Part shown: positions 35,920-44,156 of the stretch, piece by piece
Numbering within the stretch: position 1 is the first letter of the stretch
Layout: the number at the start of each line of letters is the position of its first letter
From: Patescibacteria group bacterium
Lineage (GTDB): Bacteria; Patescibacteriota; Patescibacteriia; SG8-24; DYFX01
NCBI GenBank assembly: GCA_038062835.1
Contig: JBBTWH010000003.1
Span: 2,666-66,665, forward strand
Direction: 5' to 3'
Length of the DNA: 64,000 nucleotides
Notes under the pieces: generated by a model
Told to the model about the DNA's origin: nothing
Databases searched by the model: none
What the model saw: only the letters and a program-made list of their open reading frames with translations
Translations under genes and position numbers: made by a program

Positions 35920-38023
35920 TTTGGCCTCGTTCGGCGGAGTGCTGGCCGCCTTGGGCATGGCTTCCGCGGCCTTCGCTTCCCTGAAACCGCTGGGCGGCCT
36001 GCTTTTCTTCGCCGGAACGGCCGTCCTCGTCGGACGCATGGCCTTCCCGGAGGAGCGGCGTCCGATCCGATGGACGTTCGGGCTTCTCGGCGCGTCGGCC
36101 CTGACGGCCGTCTTCGGGACCGTCGTCTACTACGCCTACAAGCTCGATACGATGGGACTTTCCTGGCTCCTGATCTCGATGCCGTGGGTCGTCTTCGCGT
36201 TCACGCCGCTCGCGAAGGACAAGCGCGAGCGCGCGGCCGAAGCGGAGATCAAGGTCGAGAAGACCGCGCCGGAGGATTCCCTTTCGGCCGTGCTTCTCGC
36301 GCTGACGGTCCTCTCCGACGCCGCCGCGCTCCGCTGGCTCGCCGGCGCGCGCACCGACGAGGCGATCCGTACGCCGTGGGAGGCGGTCCCGCCGATCTTC
36401 TTCCTCTGGATCGGCATCGCGACCGTCTGCCTCGCGGCCCTCGCGTACCGCAAGCGCTATCCGCATCTCGCCCTCGGCGCCGCGTCCCTGCATCTCTTCA
36501 CCTTGCTCGCCCCCGCCGCCTTGGTCTACGCGGTCGGATACGGCTTCGACCCGTTCGTCCACCAAGCCGCCGAACGCCTGGTCTCCGCCGTCGGCGAAAT
36601 CACGCCGAAGACGCCGTACTACGTCGGGCAGTACGCGCTCGTGACCGTCATCGCGAAGCTGTTCCGCATCGGCGCCGAAAGCGTCGACCGATACCTCCTC
36701 CCCGTCATGACGGCCGTCTTCCTGCCGGCCGCCGCAGCTTGGCTCCTGCGGCGCGGCTTCGGCGTCGCGCGCGGACTGGCGCTCGTCGGCGCCATGGGCG
36801 TGTTCCTCCTGCCGCTCGGCTCGTTCGTCTCGACGACCCCGCAGGGCGTCTCCAACCTGTTCTTCCTGCTGACCGTCATCGTCGGCGCCGCCTGGCTGCA
36901 CGCGCACCGTCCGCCGCTCGGCTTCGTGCTCGCGCTCGCCGCAGCATCCGCCGCCGCGCATCCTCTGGCCGGCATCCCGGCGCTCTTCGCGGCGGCGCTG
37001 CTCATGACCGTGAAGCTGCGCCACGACGGACTCGCGCTCCCGCGCATCTCCAAAGCGATCGTCTTCGGCATCCTGCTGGGCGCGGCGGCGCTGGCGGTCC
37101 CCTTCGCCTTCTCGCTCCGTGAAGGGACGGGCAGCCTGCCCATCGAAGCGGCTTTCAAAAAACCGATCGCGACGCTCGTCGAGAACGTGCCCTTCGAAGG
37201 GCCGGGACTCGAGACGCGCTATCGTCCCCTCCTCGACTTCGCGGAGTTCATCGACCGCAACTACGACCTCCTCTGGCTCATCATGGCCGGCGCGGGAGCA
37301 TGGCTCCTCGGCCGGCAAAAGCCTTTCCGCCGCTCGGCGCTCGCGCTCGGCGGCCTTTCCTTGGCGCTCCTGGCGGGTTCGTCCGTCCTGAGGACAGGCT
37401 TCACGTTCGAGGACGTCATCGGCTACGAGCAGGGCAACTACGCCGCCCGGCTGTATGAAGCGGGGCTCTTGGCCGCTTCGCCGCTCGTCCTGGCCGCTTT
37501 CGCCTGGTGGTGGCGCGCGCTCACGAAGACCGACGCCGCCGTGCGCTTCCTGATGGCGCTCGTCTTCGCCGCGGCCGTCGCCGCGCTGGCCTACGGCGCG
37601 TTCCCCCGCCTCGACGACTACCGCTGGAGCCGCGGGTATTCGACCTCGGCGCACGACGTCGAAGCCGTCCGCTGGATCGACACGCACGCCATCGGCCCGT
37701 ACGTCGTGCTGGCGAACCAGTCCGTCTCCGCCGCCGCGCTCCGCGAATACGGGTTCCGCACCTACTACGGCGACCAGTTCTATTATTCGATCCCGACCGG
37801 CGCGCCGCTGTATCAGAAATATCTCGAGATGGTCTACGACGCGCCCTCTCGCGCGACGATGGACGCCGCCATGCGCGATATCGGCGTGCGCCAAGCGTAC
37901 TTCGTCATCAACGACTACTGGACCGACGCGGGGCGCATCATCGACGCCGCGAAAAAAACCGCCGACGACTGGCAGGAGGTCGGCGACGGCAAGGTCTTCA
38001 TCTTCCGGTATACGCTCCGGTAG
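35897..38023 (+). CDS. Large polytopic membrane protein (putative GT-C-like glycosyltransferase/polymerase)
   Basis: 708 aa, at least 14 predicted TM helices; only plus-strand gene inside a minus-strand glycosylation cluster; antisense ORF is Arg/Gly junk. Confidence 0.5.
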   Translation: MKPLHSTILASFGGVLAALGMASAAFASLKPLGGLLFFAGTAVLVGRMAFPEERRPIRWTFGLLGASALTAVFGTVVYYAYKLDTMGLSWLLISMPWVVFAFTPLAKDKRERAAEAEIKVEKTAPEDSLSAVLLALTVLSDAAALRWLAGARTDEAIRTPWEAVPPIFFLWIGIATVCLAALAYRKRYPHLALGAASLHLFTLLAPAALVYAVGYGFDPFVHQAAERLVSAVGEITPKTPYYVGQYALVTVIAKLFRIGAESVDRYLLPVMTAVFLPAAAAWLLRRGFGVARGLALVGAMGVFLLPLGSFVSTTPQGVSNLFFLLTVIVGAAWLHAHRPPLGFVLALAAASAAAHPLAGIPALFAAALLMTVKLRHDGLALPRISKAIVFGILLGAAALAVPFAFSLREGTGSLPIEAAFKKPIATLVENVPFEGPGLETRYRPLLDFAEFIDRNYDLLWLIMAGAGAWLLGRQKPFRRSALALGGLSLALLAGSSVLRTGFTFEDVIGYEQGNYAARLYEAGLLAASPLVLAAFAWWWRALTKTDAAVRFLMALVFAAAVAALAYGAFPRLDDYRWSRGYSTSAHDVEAVRWIDTHAIGPYVVLANQSVSAAALREYGFRTYYGDQFYYSIPTGAPLYQKYLEMVYDAPSRATMDAAMRDIGVRQAYFVINDYWTDAGRIIDAAKKTADDWQEVGDGKVFIFRYTLR

Positions 38024-39278
38024 GTTTCGCGCGATACCTGATCGGTACCACGGGGCCCCGGTGTGCGAGCGCGGGGTCTTTTTCGTCATAGAGCGCGACC
38101 AGGCGCTCTGCGTGCCGGTCTTCCGTCAGGAGCTCGGCGGAGCGGCGGGCGGCCTTGGATCGGCCGGGCCAGGCACCCTTCTCGTCGCAGGCGCGCTTCA
38201 GCGCGGCGACGAGGGCGGCGACGTTCCCCGCCTCGAAGACGAGGCCGTTCTCGCCGTGACGCACCAGCTCGGCGGCGCCTCCGATGTCGGCCACGATCAC
38301 GGGCACGCCGTAGGCGAACGATTCGACGATGACGGTCGGGGCGTTCTCGTAGCAGAGCGAGGGCACGACGGCGTAGTCCGCCTTCGAGAACATCTCCATG
38401 AACTGCGTGGGGCTCTTCTTGCCGTAGAAGGCGACGCGGACATCCTTGCCGGCGGCCCGTCTGGCCTCGTCGGCGGCCGCGCCGGATCCGACCACGTCGA
38501 GACGGATCTTGGGACGGTCCTTGCTCAGGCGGCGGAACGCCTCGACGAGGAGCAGGATACCCTTGTGCGTCTCGATCTGGCCGAGGAACAGGAAGCGCGT
38601 CTCGACGGACGGCGCGTGCGGGGCGGGACGGACGCGAGGCGCGGGGTTCGGCAGGAAGACGGCCTGCGAGGCCGGGAAGAACCCGCGGACGCGGTAGAAA
38701 TCCAGCAGGAACTTCGACGGGGAGATGACGGCGTCGGGCGAACCCAACGCGCGGCGCGCGGAACGCGCGAACAGCGCCGAGACCGGGTCGGTCACGCCGA
38801 GACCGCTCTCCCTGCCCTTGATGATGAGGCCGGACGGCGCCGCGAGCTGGACGTCATGCAGGGTGTGCACGTGGCGGATGCCGAGCGAACGGATGACGCG
38901 CGGGACGGAGAGGCCGATGCCTTTGAGGCTGTGCGTGTGTACGACGTCGGGACGTTCTTTCTTCAAGATCGCCTCGACGCATTCAGCGGCGTGCGGGTTC
39001 CAGGCGTCCCATGCGTGCCAGAGCAGGCGCGACGGCGCGGAGTGGCGGCCGATGTCGCCGTAGAAGAAAAGGTTGAGCGGATGGAACCGCCAGACGCGGA
39101 TGCCGCCTTCGTCCGTCATCCGCGGAGCGACGCTCCCGTCGTCGCGCACCGGTTCGGCGGTGATGACGCAGACGTCGTGGCCGATGGCCTTGAGCGCCCT
39201 GGCTTCAGTCTCGACGACGCGCTCCGCTCCGCCGCGGGCGTAGGGAGGATATAAATTCGAAATCAGGCAGATGCGCAT
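37998..39278 (-). CDS. Family 4 glycosyltransferase
   Basis: MRICLISNLYPPYARGGAERVV GT4 N-domain, C-terminal nucleotide-sugar-binding domain; start trimmed. Confidence 0.8.
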   Translation of the reverse strand: MRICLISNLYPPYARGGAERVVETEARALKAIGHDVCVITAEPVRDDGSVAPRMTDEGGIRVWRFHPLNLFFYGDIGRHSAPSRLLWHAWDAWNPHAAECVEAILKKERPDVVHTHSLKGIGLSVPRVIRSLGIRHVHTLHDVQLAAPSGLIIKGRESGLGVTDPVSALFARSARRALGSPDAVISPSKFLLDFYRVRGFFPASQAVFLPNPAPRVRPAPHAPSVETRFLFLGQIETHKGILLLVEAFRRLSKDRPKIRLDVVGSGAAADEARRAAGKDVRVAFYGKKSPTQFMEMFSKADYAVVPSLCYENAPTVIVESFAYGVPVIVADIGGAAELVRHGENGLVFEAGNVAALVAALKRACDEKGAWPGRSKAARRSAELLTEDRHAERLVALYDEKDPALAHRGPVVPIRYRAKPTGAYTGR

Positions 39279-39285
39279 GCGCAGT

Positions 39286-39297
39286 AAGTATAGCAAA
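39286..39297 (-). promoter_or_regulatory. Extended -10 TTTGCTATACTT 10 nt upstream of the GT4 ATG (short-leader or leaderless transcript)
   Basis: Same 12-mer precedes the giant gene at 51188..51199. Confidence 0.45.
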
Positions 39298-39372
39298 ATC
39301 GTCCCCTCATTGACATCCTCATGCGTCATTCCGTAAGAACATCCCGTTACCGAAATTCAACCCCTGTCGCAA

Positions 39373-39894
39373 ATGCGTAACAAGAGGGAAACGGCACGGT
39401 TCTTGAATGAGGCTTTGGAAGCCGCTTCCTTCGGATTTGATGTGCTGCTGACGACCAGGAGCCACCAGCGCGTCCTTGCCGGACAAGGACTTGAAGGCAT
39501 ATGCAGAGTCGTCACCGAGCGCCGGGCGCGTGAAACGCGCGCCTGGCTCCGCGCCGCCAAACGAGCCCGACTTATCAAAATCACGCGCGCCGGGGATCGG
39601 ATGAAGGTCGCTTTGGCCCCGAAAGGCCGACGTATGCTGCTGGAAATGCGGATCCGTTCCGCGCCTCGTCTTCGCGGCGCGGAAAAGACATATGTCGCTT
39701 TCGATTTTCCTATCCCGCAAAGAAGCGCTCGTGACGCCTTCCGGCGTTTTCTGAAACGCACGGGATTCATAAAAATCCAAATGAGCCTTTGGTCTATTGG
39801 TCGGGACGCGGCGAAACCTATGCGGGACCTGCTCACGCGGGTAGGCGCTCGTGATTGGGTACGCGTCTTTCACGGAACCGAAAAAACGGCGTGA
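39373..39894 (+). CDS. PaaX-like/Cas2-fold small regulator (tentative), in a low-GC islet
   Basis: KTYVAFDFPIPQRSARDAFRRFLKRTGFIKIQMSLWSI resembles the PaaX C-terminal (Cas2-like) fold; local GC drop; antisense ORF 39319..39873 is junk-like. Confidence 0.4.
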   Translation: MRNKRETARFLNEALEAASFGFDVLLTTRSHQRVLAGQGLEGICRVVTERRARETRAWLRAAKRARLIKITRAGDRMKVALAPKGRRMLLEMRIRSAPRLRGAEKTYVAFDFPIPQRSARDAFRRFLKRTGFIKIQMSLWSIGRDAAKPMRDLLTRVGARDWVRVFHGTEKTA

Positions 39895-39926
39895 ACCGTT
39901 TTGCGACAGGTGACGTAAAACGGTTC
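39894..39926. terminator. Bidirectional hairpin (10-bp perfect stem GAACCGTTTT/AAAACGGTTC) containing the TTTGCGACAGG motif
   Basis: Between convergent genes; second nested hairpin AAAACGG/CCGTTTT. Confidence 0.5.
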
Positions 39927-41004
39927 AGGGTCGGTTTCCGGCGATGGCGGAGATGACGGCGCGATCGGCCGCGTGTCGGGCGTAGAGGCGTTCAGCGCGG
40001 TCGCGGGCCGCTCGGCCCATCGCGGCGGAGCGGGACTGATTATCGAACAGGCTGCCGATCGCTTCGACCAGCTTCTCGGGATCTGACGGCGGGGCGAGCA
40101 GACCAGTCACGCCCGGCTCGATGACGGAACGGACGCCGGGGAGGTCGCTGACGACGGACGGGACGCCGCTGGCCATGGCTTCGAGCGTGACGATGCCGAA
40201 CGCCTCGGAGCGGTCAATCGACGGCAGGACGTGGACGGCGGCGGATCGATATAGCGACGGGAGCTCGGCGTCCGGCACGCGTCCTAGGAATTTCACGCGA
40301 CCTTCGATGCCGAGCGCTTTCGCGCGGGCCTCGTAATCGGTACGCATGTCGCCGTCGCCAGCCACGAGCAGTCTGGCGCCGGGGACGCGGGCGACAGTCT
40401 TGGCGAACGCTTCGAGCAGGACAGTCACACCCTTGAAGTAGTGGGCACGGTCGAGACCGCCGACGAAGAGAACGGTCGGCTCGCCCTTCGGAGCATCGGG
40501 GCCAGGAACGAAACGTTCCGTATCCACGCCGAACGGCGTCTCGTGCACGCGGGCGTCGTCCTTGAAAGACGCCGCCTGCGACGAGGCGAGGTAGTCGCGG
40601 CTCGCCGTCAGGATGACGTCGGCGGATGCGAGGATCGTCCGCAGGAACAGCCTGCGGTACAGGCGGAAGACGGCACCTGCGAATCCCGTACCGACGGCGT
40701 CCATGTGGTACATGACGGCCAGGCGCGCGCGGCGGCCGAACATCTTCTTCCAAAGCCAGACCCATTCGGCGCCTCCGAAGAACGGATAGTGCAGTTCGAC
40801 GACGTCGAATCCGCGCAGTTTCCAGAGCAGCTGCGGCGCGCAAGCGGAATTTCCGACGCGGAACAGCGGACGCAGGTTCACTCCCGGCGCGAAAACGACG
40901 ACGTCATGTCCGGCGGACTTGAGCGCCTCGACGTGCGAGGCTGCGGCGTTGCCCATGCCGCCGCGATAGGGCGGATACGTCGATGCGACGACTGCGACGC
41001 GCAT
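39925..41004 (-). CDS. Family 4 glycosyltransferase
   Basis: MRVAVVASTYPPYRGGMGNAAASHVEAL...; start trimmed. Confidence 0.8.
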   Translation of the reverse strand: MRVAVVASTYPPYRGGMGNAAASHVEALKSAGHDVVVFAPGVNLRPLFRVGNSACAPQLLWKLRGFDVVELHYPFFGGAEWVWLWKKMFGRRARLAVMYHMDAVGTGFAGAVFRLYRRLFLRTILASADVILTASRDYLASSQAASFKDDARVHETPFGVDTERFVPGPDAPKGEPTVLFVGGLDRAHYFKGVTVLLEAFAKTVARVPGARLLVAGDGDMRTDYEARAKALGIEGRVKFLGRVPDAELPSLYRSAAVHVLPSIDRSEAFGIVTLEAMASGVPSVVSDLPGVRSVIEPGVTGLLAPPSDPEKLVEAIGSLFDNQSRSAAMGRAARDRAERLYARHAADRAVISAIAGNRP

Positions 41005-41006
41005 AG

Positions 41007-42101
41007 CTACCAGAAGAGGACGAGACGAACCAGCGTCCAATACATGGAGAACAGCGGGTTGGCGACGCGCGTCAGCAGCGTCGGCTGCATCTGCTGGAAG
41101 AGTATGCTTCCGGTGAAAAGCTTCGTCGCCTCTCGATCGGAAATCTTGCGGAGAGCCTGCACGCGCGCGCGGGCTTCGATCAGCTTCATACAGCCGGTCG
41201 GCGACAGGAAGTGGGCATAGGCGCGCAGCTTCTCCCGCCACCAGCCGCCCTTGAAAGCGAACGCCCAGAGGCCGAGCTCCATCGCCAGGAAGGCCGGGAG
41301 CGTCAGGAGCAGCGTCGGAAGGCGGAACATGCGCAGAATGACGATGAGCCGGTTGCGCTCCATCCAGAAATATTTCTTGATGCTGCGGGAGAACTCGTAT
41401 TTGTGGAAGACGACGGACGCCGGCGCGAGCACGACGCGCCAGCCCGCCAGGCGCGCGCGCCAGGAAAACTCGAGGTCCTCGTGATAGGCGAACAGCTCCT
41501 CGTCGAGCAGGCCGACCTCGCGGAGCGTCGCGGCGCGCATCAGCATGCCGGCGCCGCTGGCGTAGGCGATATCGCGGACATGGAGCTTCGCTTGCACCGA
41601 CGGGTCATGGAACGGCACGGACTCGCCGCCGGCGTATCCGAAGCCGAGGAAGTGGATCTCGTTGCCGTAGGTGTTCACCAGTTCGGTCCTGGGGTGGAGT
41701 CGCAAGAGGCTCTGTACGACACCGATGTCAGGGTCACCTTCGGCGACGCGCACGGCTTCCTCGAGAAATCCAGGCTGCGCTTCAGTATCTGGGTTCAGCA
41801 GATAGACGTAGTCGTAGCCCTCCTCGAGCGCGCGGCGGATGGCCTGATTGTTGCCTCCGGAAAATCCGAGGTTGTCGGCGTTCTTGAAAAAGACGCATGG
41901 GAATCCTTCCTTGGTGGCCGTGCCGTCCTCGGAAAGCAGTTCGCGCGCGATGAAGTCGCCGCTGCCGTCGGGACTGGCGTTATCGACGATCATCAACGTC
42001 GCCGCGCCGGGTTCGATGCCCGCTTCCGCGACGGCGCGAAAACAATCGGCCAGGTAGCGGCCGTGGTTCCAGGAAACGACGATGACGGCGGTCCTTTTCA
42101 T
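41007..42101 (-). CDS. Family 2 glycosyltransferase
   Basis: VIVVSWNHGRYL...IVDNASPDGS; DxD. Confidence 0.8.
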   Translation of the reverse strand: MKRTAVIVVSWNHGRYLADCFRAVAEAGIEPGAATLMIVDNASPDGSGDFIARELLSEDGTATKEGFPCVFFKNADNLGFSGGNNQAIRRALEEGYDYVYLLNPDTEAQPGFLEEAVRVAEGDPDIGVVQSLLRLHPRTELVNTYGNEIHFLGFGYAGGESVPFHDPSVQAKLHVRDIAYASGAGMLMRAATLREVGLLDEELFAYHEDLEFSWRARLAGWRVVLAPASVVFHKYEFSRSIKKYFWMERNRLIVILRMFRLPTLLLTLPAFLAMELGLWAFAFKGGWWREKLRAYAHFLSPTGCMKLIEARARVQALRKISDREATKLFTGSILFQQMQPTLLTRVANPLFSMYWTLVRLVLFW

Positions 42102-42427
42102 TCCTTGAGGTCCTTGAGCGCGAGCTCGCGGGCAAGCTCGGTGATCTGTCGTTCCTGGTCCTCGACTCGCGCGAACAGGCGGAATTGGAGATAAAAAAGC
42201 GCGGCGATGGAGAGGTAGACGACGACGTCAGCCCCGCGGCCGACGCCGAGAAGGCGCGCGGCTTCTGAAGCGGTCTCCGGACGCGTCACGACGGAGGCGA
42301 CTGCGGCCCACAGGAGCGTCCAGAGCGTGAGCTGCCGGAAGCCGATGCTTCTGCGACGGAAACGCGAGACGGCCGCGACGAAACCGAAGACGGCGACAGC
42401 GATCAGGATGATCTGGATGACGGTCAT
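42098..42427 (-). CDS. DUF2304-type small membrane protein (GT2 companion)
   Basis: 109 aa, 3 TM plus C-terminal coiled coil; overlapping both neighbours. Confidence 0.55.
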   Translation of the reverse strand: MTVIQIILIAVAVFGFVAAVSRFRRRSIGFRQLTLWTLLWAAVASVVTRPETASEAARLLGVGRGADVVVYLSIAALFYLQFRLFARVEDQERQITELARELALKDLKE

Positions 42428-42428
42428 A

Positions 42429-43103
42429 TCAGTCCAGGAAGCGGCGAAGGATGAGCTTGAGCGCCGTCTGCACGCCCACCGCGAAATTCTGCCCTTTCGA
42501 CAGGGAGTAATCGGTGTAGACGGCCTCGATCGGGATTTCCGCCAGGCGGAGGCGCTTGTCGACGATCTCCTTCACGAACTCCGAAGAGACTTCCATGCGC
42601 GAGGAGCGGAGACGGATGCGCTCGGCGGCGGCGCGCGTCATGCCGCGCAGGCCGCTCTGGCTGTCGGTCACCCATCTGCGGAAGAGGACGTAGGTGAGCG
42701 CGTTGCCGAGGAACTGGGCGAGGCGGCGGCGCGCCGGCATGTTCCCCTTGCCTTCAAGCATGCGCGAACCGATGACGAAATCGACGTCGCCCTCCGTGAG
42801 GCGATCGAAGGCCGCCTTGGCCGCCTCGGCGCGGTGCTGGCCGTCGGCGTCCATCGTGACGATGGCGTCCGCGCCGAGCCGGAGCGCGCCTTCGATGCCC
42901 GTACCGAGCGCGCCGCCGAGCCCTCGGTTGACGGCGTGGCGGACGACCGTCGCGCCCGCGGCCGCGGCGATCTCGGAAGTGCGGTCGGAAGAACCGTCGT
43001 CCACGACCAAGACGCGGTCGGCGACATGGAGCGCGCCGCGCACCGCTTCGCCGATCGTCTTCTCCTCGTTGTAGGCCGGAATGACGATGACTCTCTTTTC
43101 CAT
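42429..43103 (-). CDS. GT2 polyprenol-phosphate sugar synthase (DPM1/GtrB-like)
   Basis: VIVIPAYNEEKTIGEAV...LVVDDGSSDRT...DADGQH. Confidence 0.8.
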   Translation of the reverse strand: MEKRVIVIPAYNEEKTIGEAVRGALHVADRVLVVDDGSSDRTSEIAAAAGATVVRHAVNRGLGGALGTGIEGALRLGADAIVTMDADGQHRAEAAKAAFDRLTEGDVDFVIGSRMLEGKGNMPARRRLAQFLGNALTYVLFRRWVTDSQSGLRGMTRAAAERIRLRSSRMEVSSEFVKEIVDKRLRLAEIPIEAVYTDYSLSKGQNFAVGVQTALKLILRRFLD

Positions 43104-43104
43104 C

Positions 43105-44112
43105 CTACATGTTACGGGCCAAGCCCTTGGTCACGAGCGTGTATTCGATGGACCGCTTGAGGCCGTCTTCGAGTCGCACGAGCGGAATCCAGCCCAGCTC
43201 GTCGCCGGCCTTCCGGATGTCCGGCAATCCGAGCTGCGTCATGAAAAGCAGCGGAGCCTCGAAGACCAGTTTGGATTTGGAGTTCGTCATGGCGATGACC
43301 TTGCGCGCCACGTCCGCCAGATGGATGTCCTCGTCGCCGCCGAAATTCACGGGTCCGGGGTTCTTGCTCGTCTTCATGAGGCGCGCGATGCCGTCGACGA
43401 CGTCAGTGACGTAGACGAGCGACGTGCTGAATTTCTCGTCGCCGTAGACCACGAGGTCGCGCCCTTCGAGCGCGTCGATCACGAAGTCCGGGACCATCTC
43501 GCCGTCGTTCAGGCGCTGGCGCGTGCCATAGGTGCGGAAGATGCGCGCGACGCGGATGTCGAGGCCGAAGACGGACGCATAGGTGAAGCAGGCGCTCTCG
43601 GCCCACTTCTTGCCTTCGTCGTAGCAGGCGCGCGGCGAGGCGTGGTCGGTGACGCCGAGATCGGTCTCGACGAACTTTCCGCCTTCGGCGCGGCGCGGCC
43701 CGTAGACGACGGACGTCGAGGCGTGCAGGAGGCGCGCCTTGTGCTTCACGGCCATGTCGAGCACGTTGCGCATGCCGACGGAGTTCGCGAGGTACGTCTG
43801 GATGCGGAGGTTGTCGAACTTCTTGGCCGAAGTCGGGCAGGCCAAGTGATAGACTTCCTGGATGCCGCGGACGTTGATCTTGAAACGCGCGAGTTCAGGG
43901 AAGGACTCAAGGTCGAACGGCTCGTTGATGTCGAGCTTGATGAACTCGAAATCCGGGTTCTTCAGCATCGCTTCGATGTTGGAGACCTCGGAGGTGATGA
44001 AGCTGTCGACGCAGATGACCTGGTGGCCGTCAGCCAAGAGGCGCTCGCACAGGTGCGAACCGATGAAACCGGCCCCACCGGTCACGACTGCCACTCGTTT
44101 CTCGTCCGCCAT
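43105..44112 (-). CDS. uxs: UDP-glucuronate decarboxylase / UDP-xylose synthase (SDR epimerase-dehydratase family)
   Basis: VVTGGAGFIGSHL...RACYDEGKKWAES...RVARIFRTYGTRQRLNDGEMVPDFV matches UXS-type. Confidence 0.7.
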   Translation of the reverse strand: MADEKRVAVVTGGAGFIGSHLCERLLADGHQVICVDSFITSEVSNIEAMLKNPDFEFIKLDINEPFDLESFPELARFKINVRGIQEVYHLACPTSAKKFDNLRIQTYLANSVGMRNVLDMAVKHKARLLHASTSVVYGPRRAEGGKFVETDLGVTDHASPRACYDEGKKWAESACFTYASVFGLDIRVARIFRTYGTRQRLNDGEMVPDFVIDALEGRDLVVYGDEKFSTSLVYVTDVVDGIARLMKTSKNPGPVNFGGDEDIHLADVARKVIAMTNSKSKLVFEAPLLFMTQLGLPDIRKAGDELGWIPLVRLEDGLKRSIEYTLVTKGLARNM

Positions 44113-44156
44113 ACGGCAAAAATCGCGTAATTAAAGGGTAGGCCAAGTATACGTCC

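Noticed and set aside
33713-38089. Long ORFs 33713..35419(+), 34062..35369(-), 35879..38089(-), 35317..37122(+)
   Set aside because: Arg/Gly-rich shadow frames of the GT-C, CDP-alcohol transferase and polytopic membrane genes
39319-39873. 184-aa minus-strand ORF overlapping the PaaX-like gene
   Set aside because: No motif, poor composition; the plus-strand ORF shows a Cas2/PaaX-like pattern and sensible flanking hairpins
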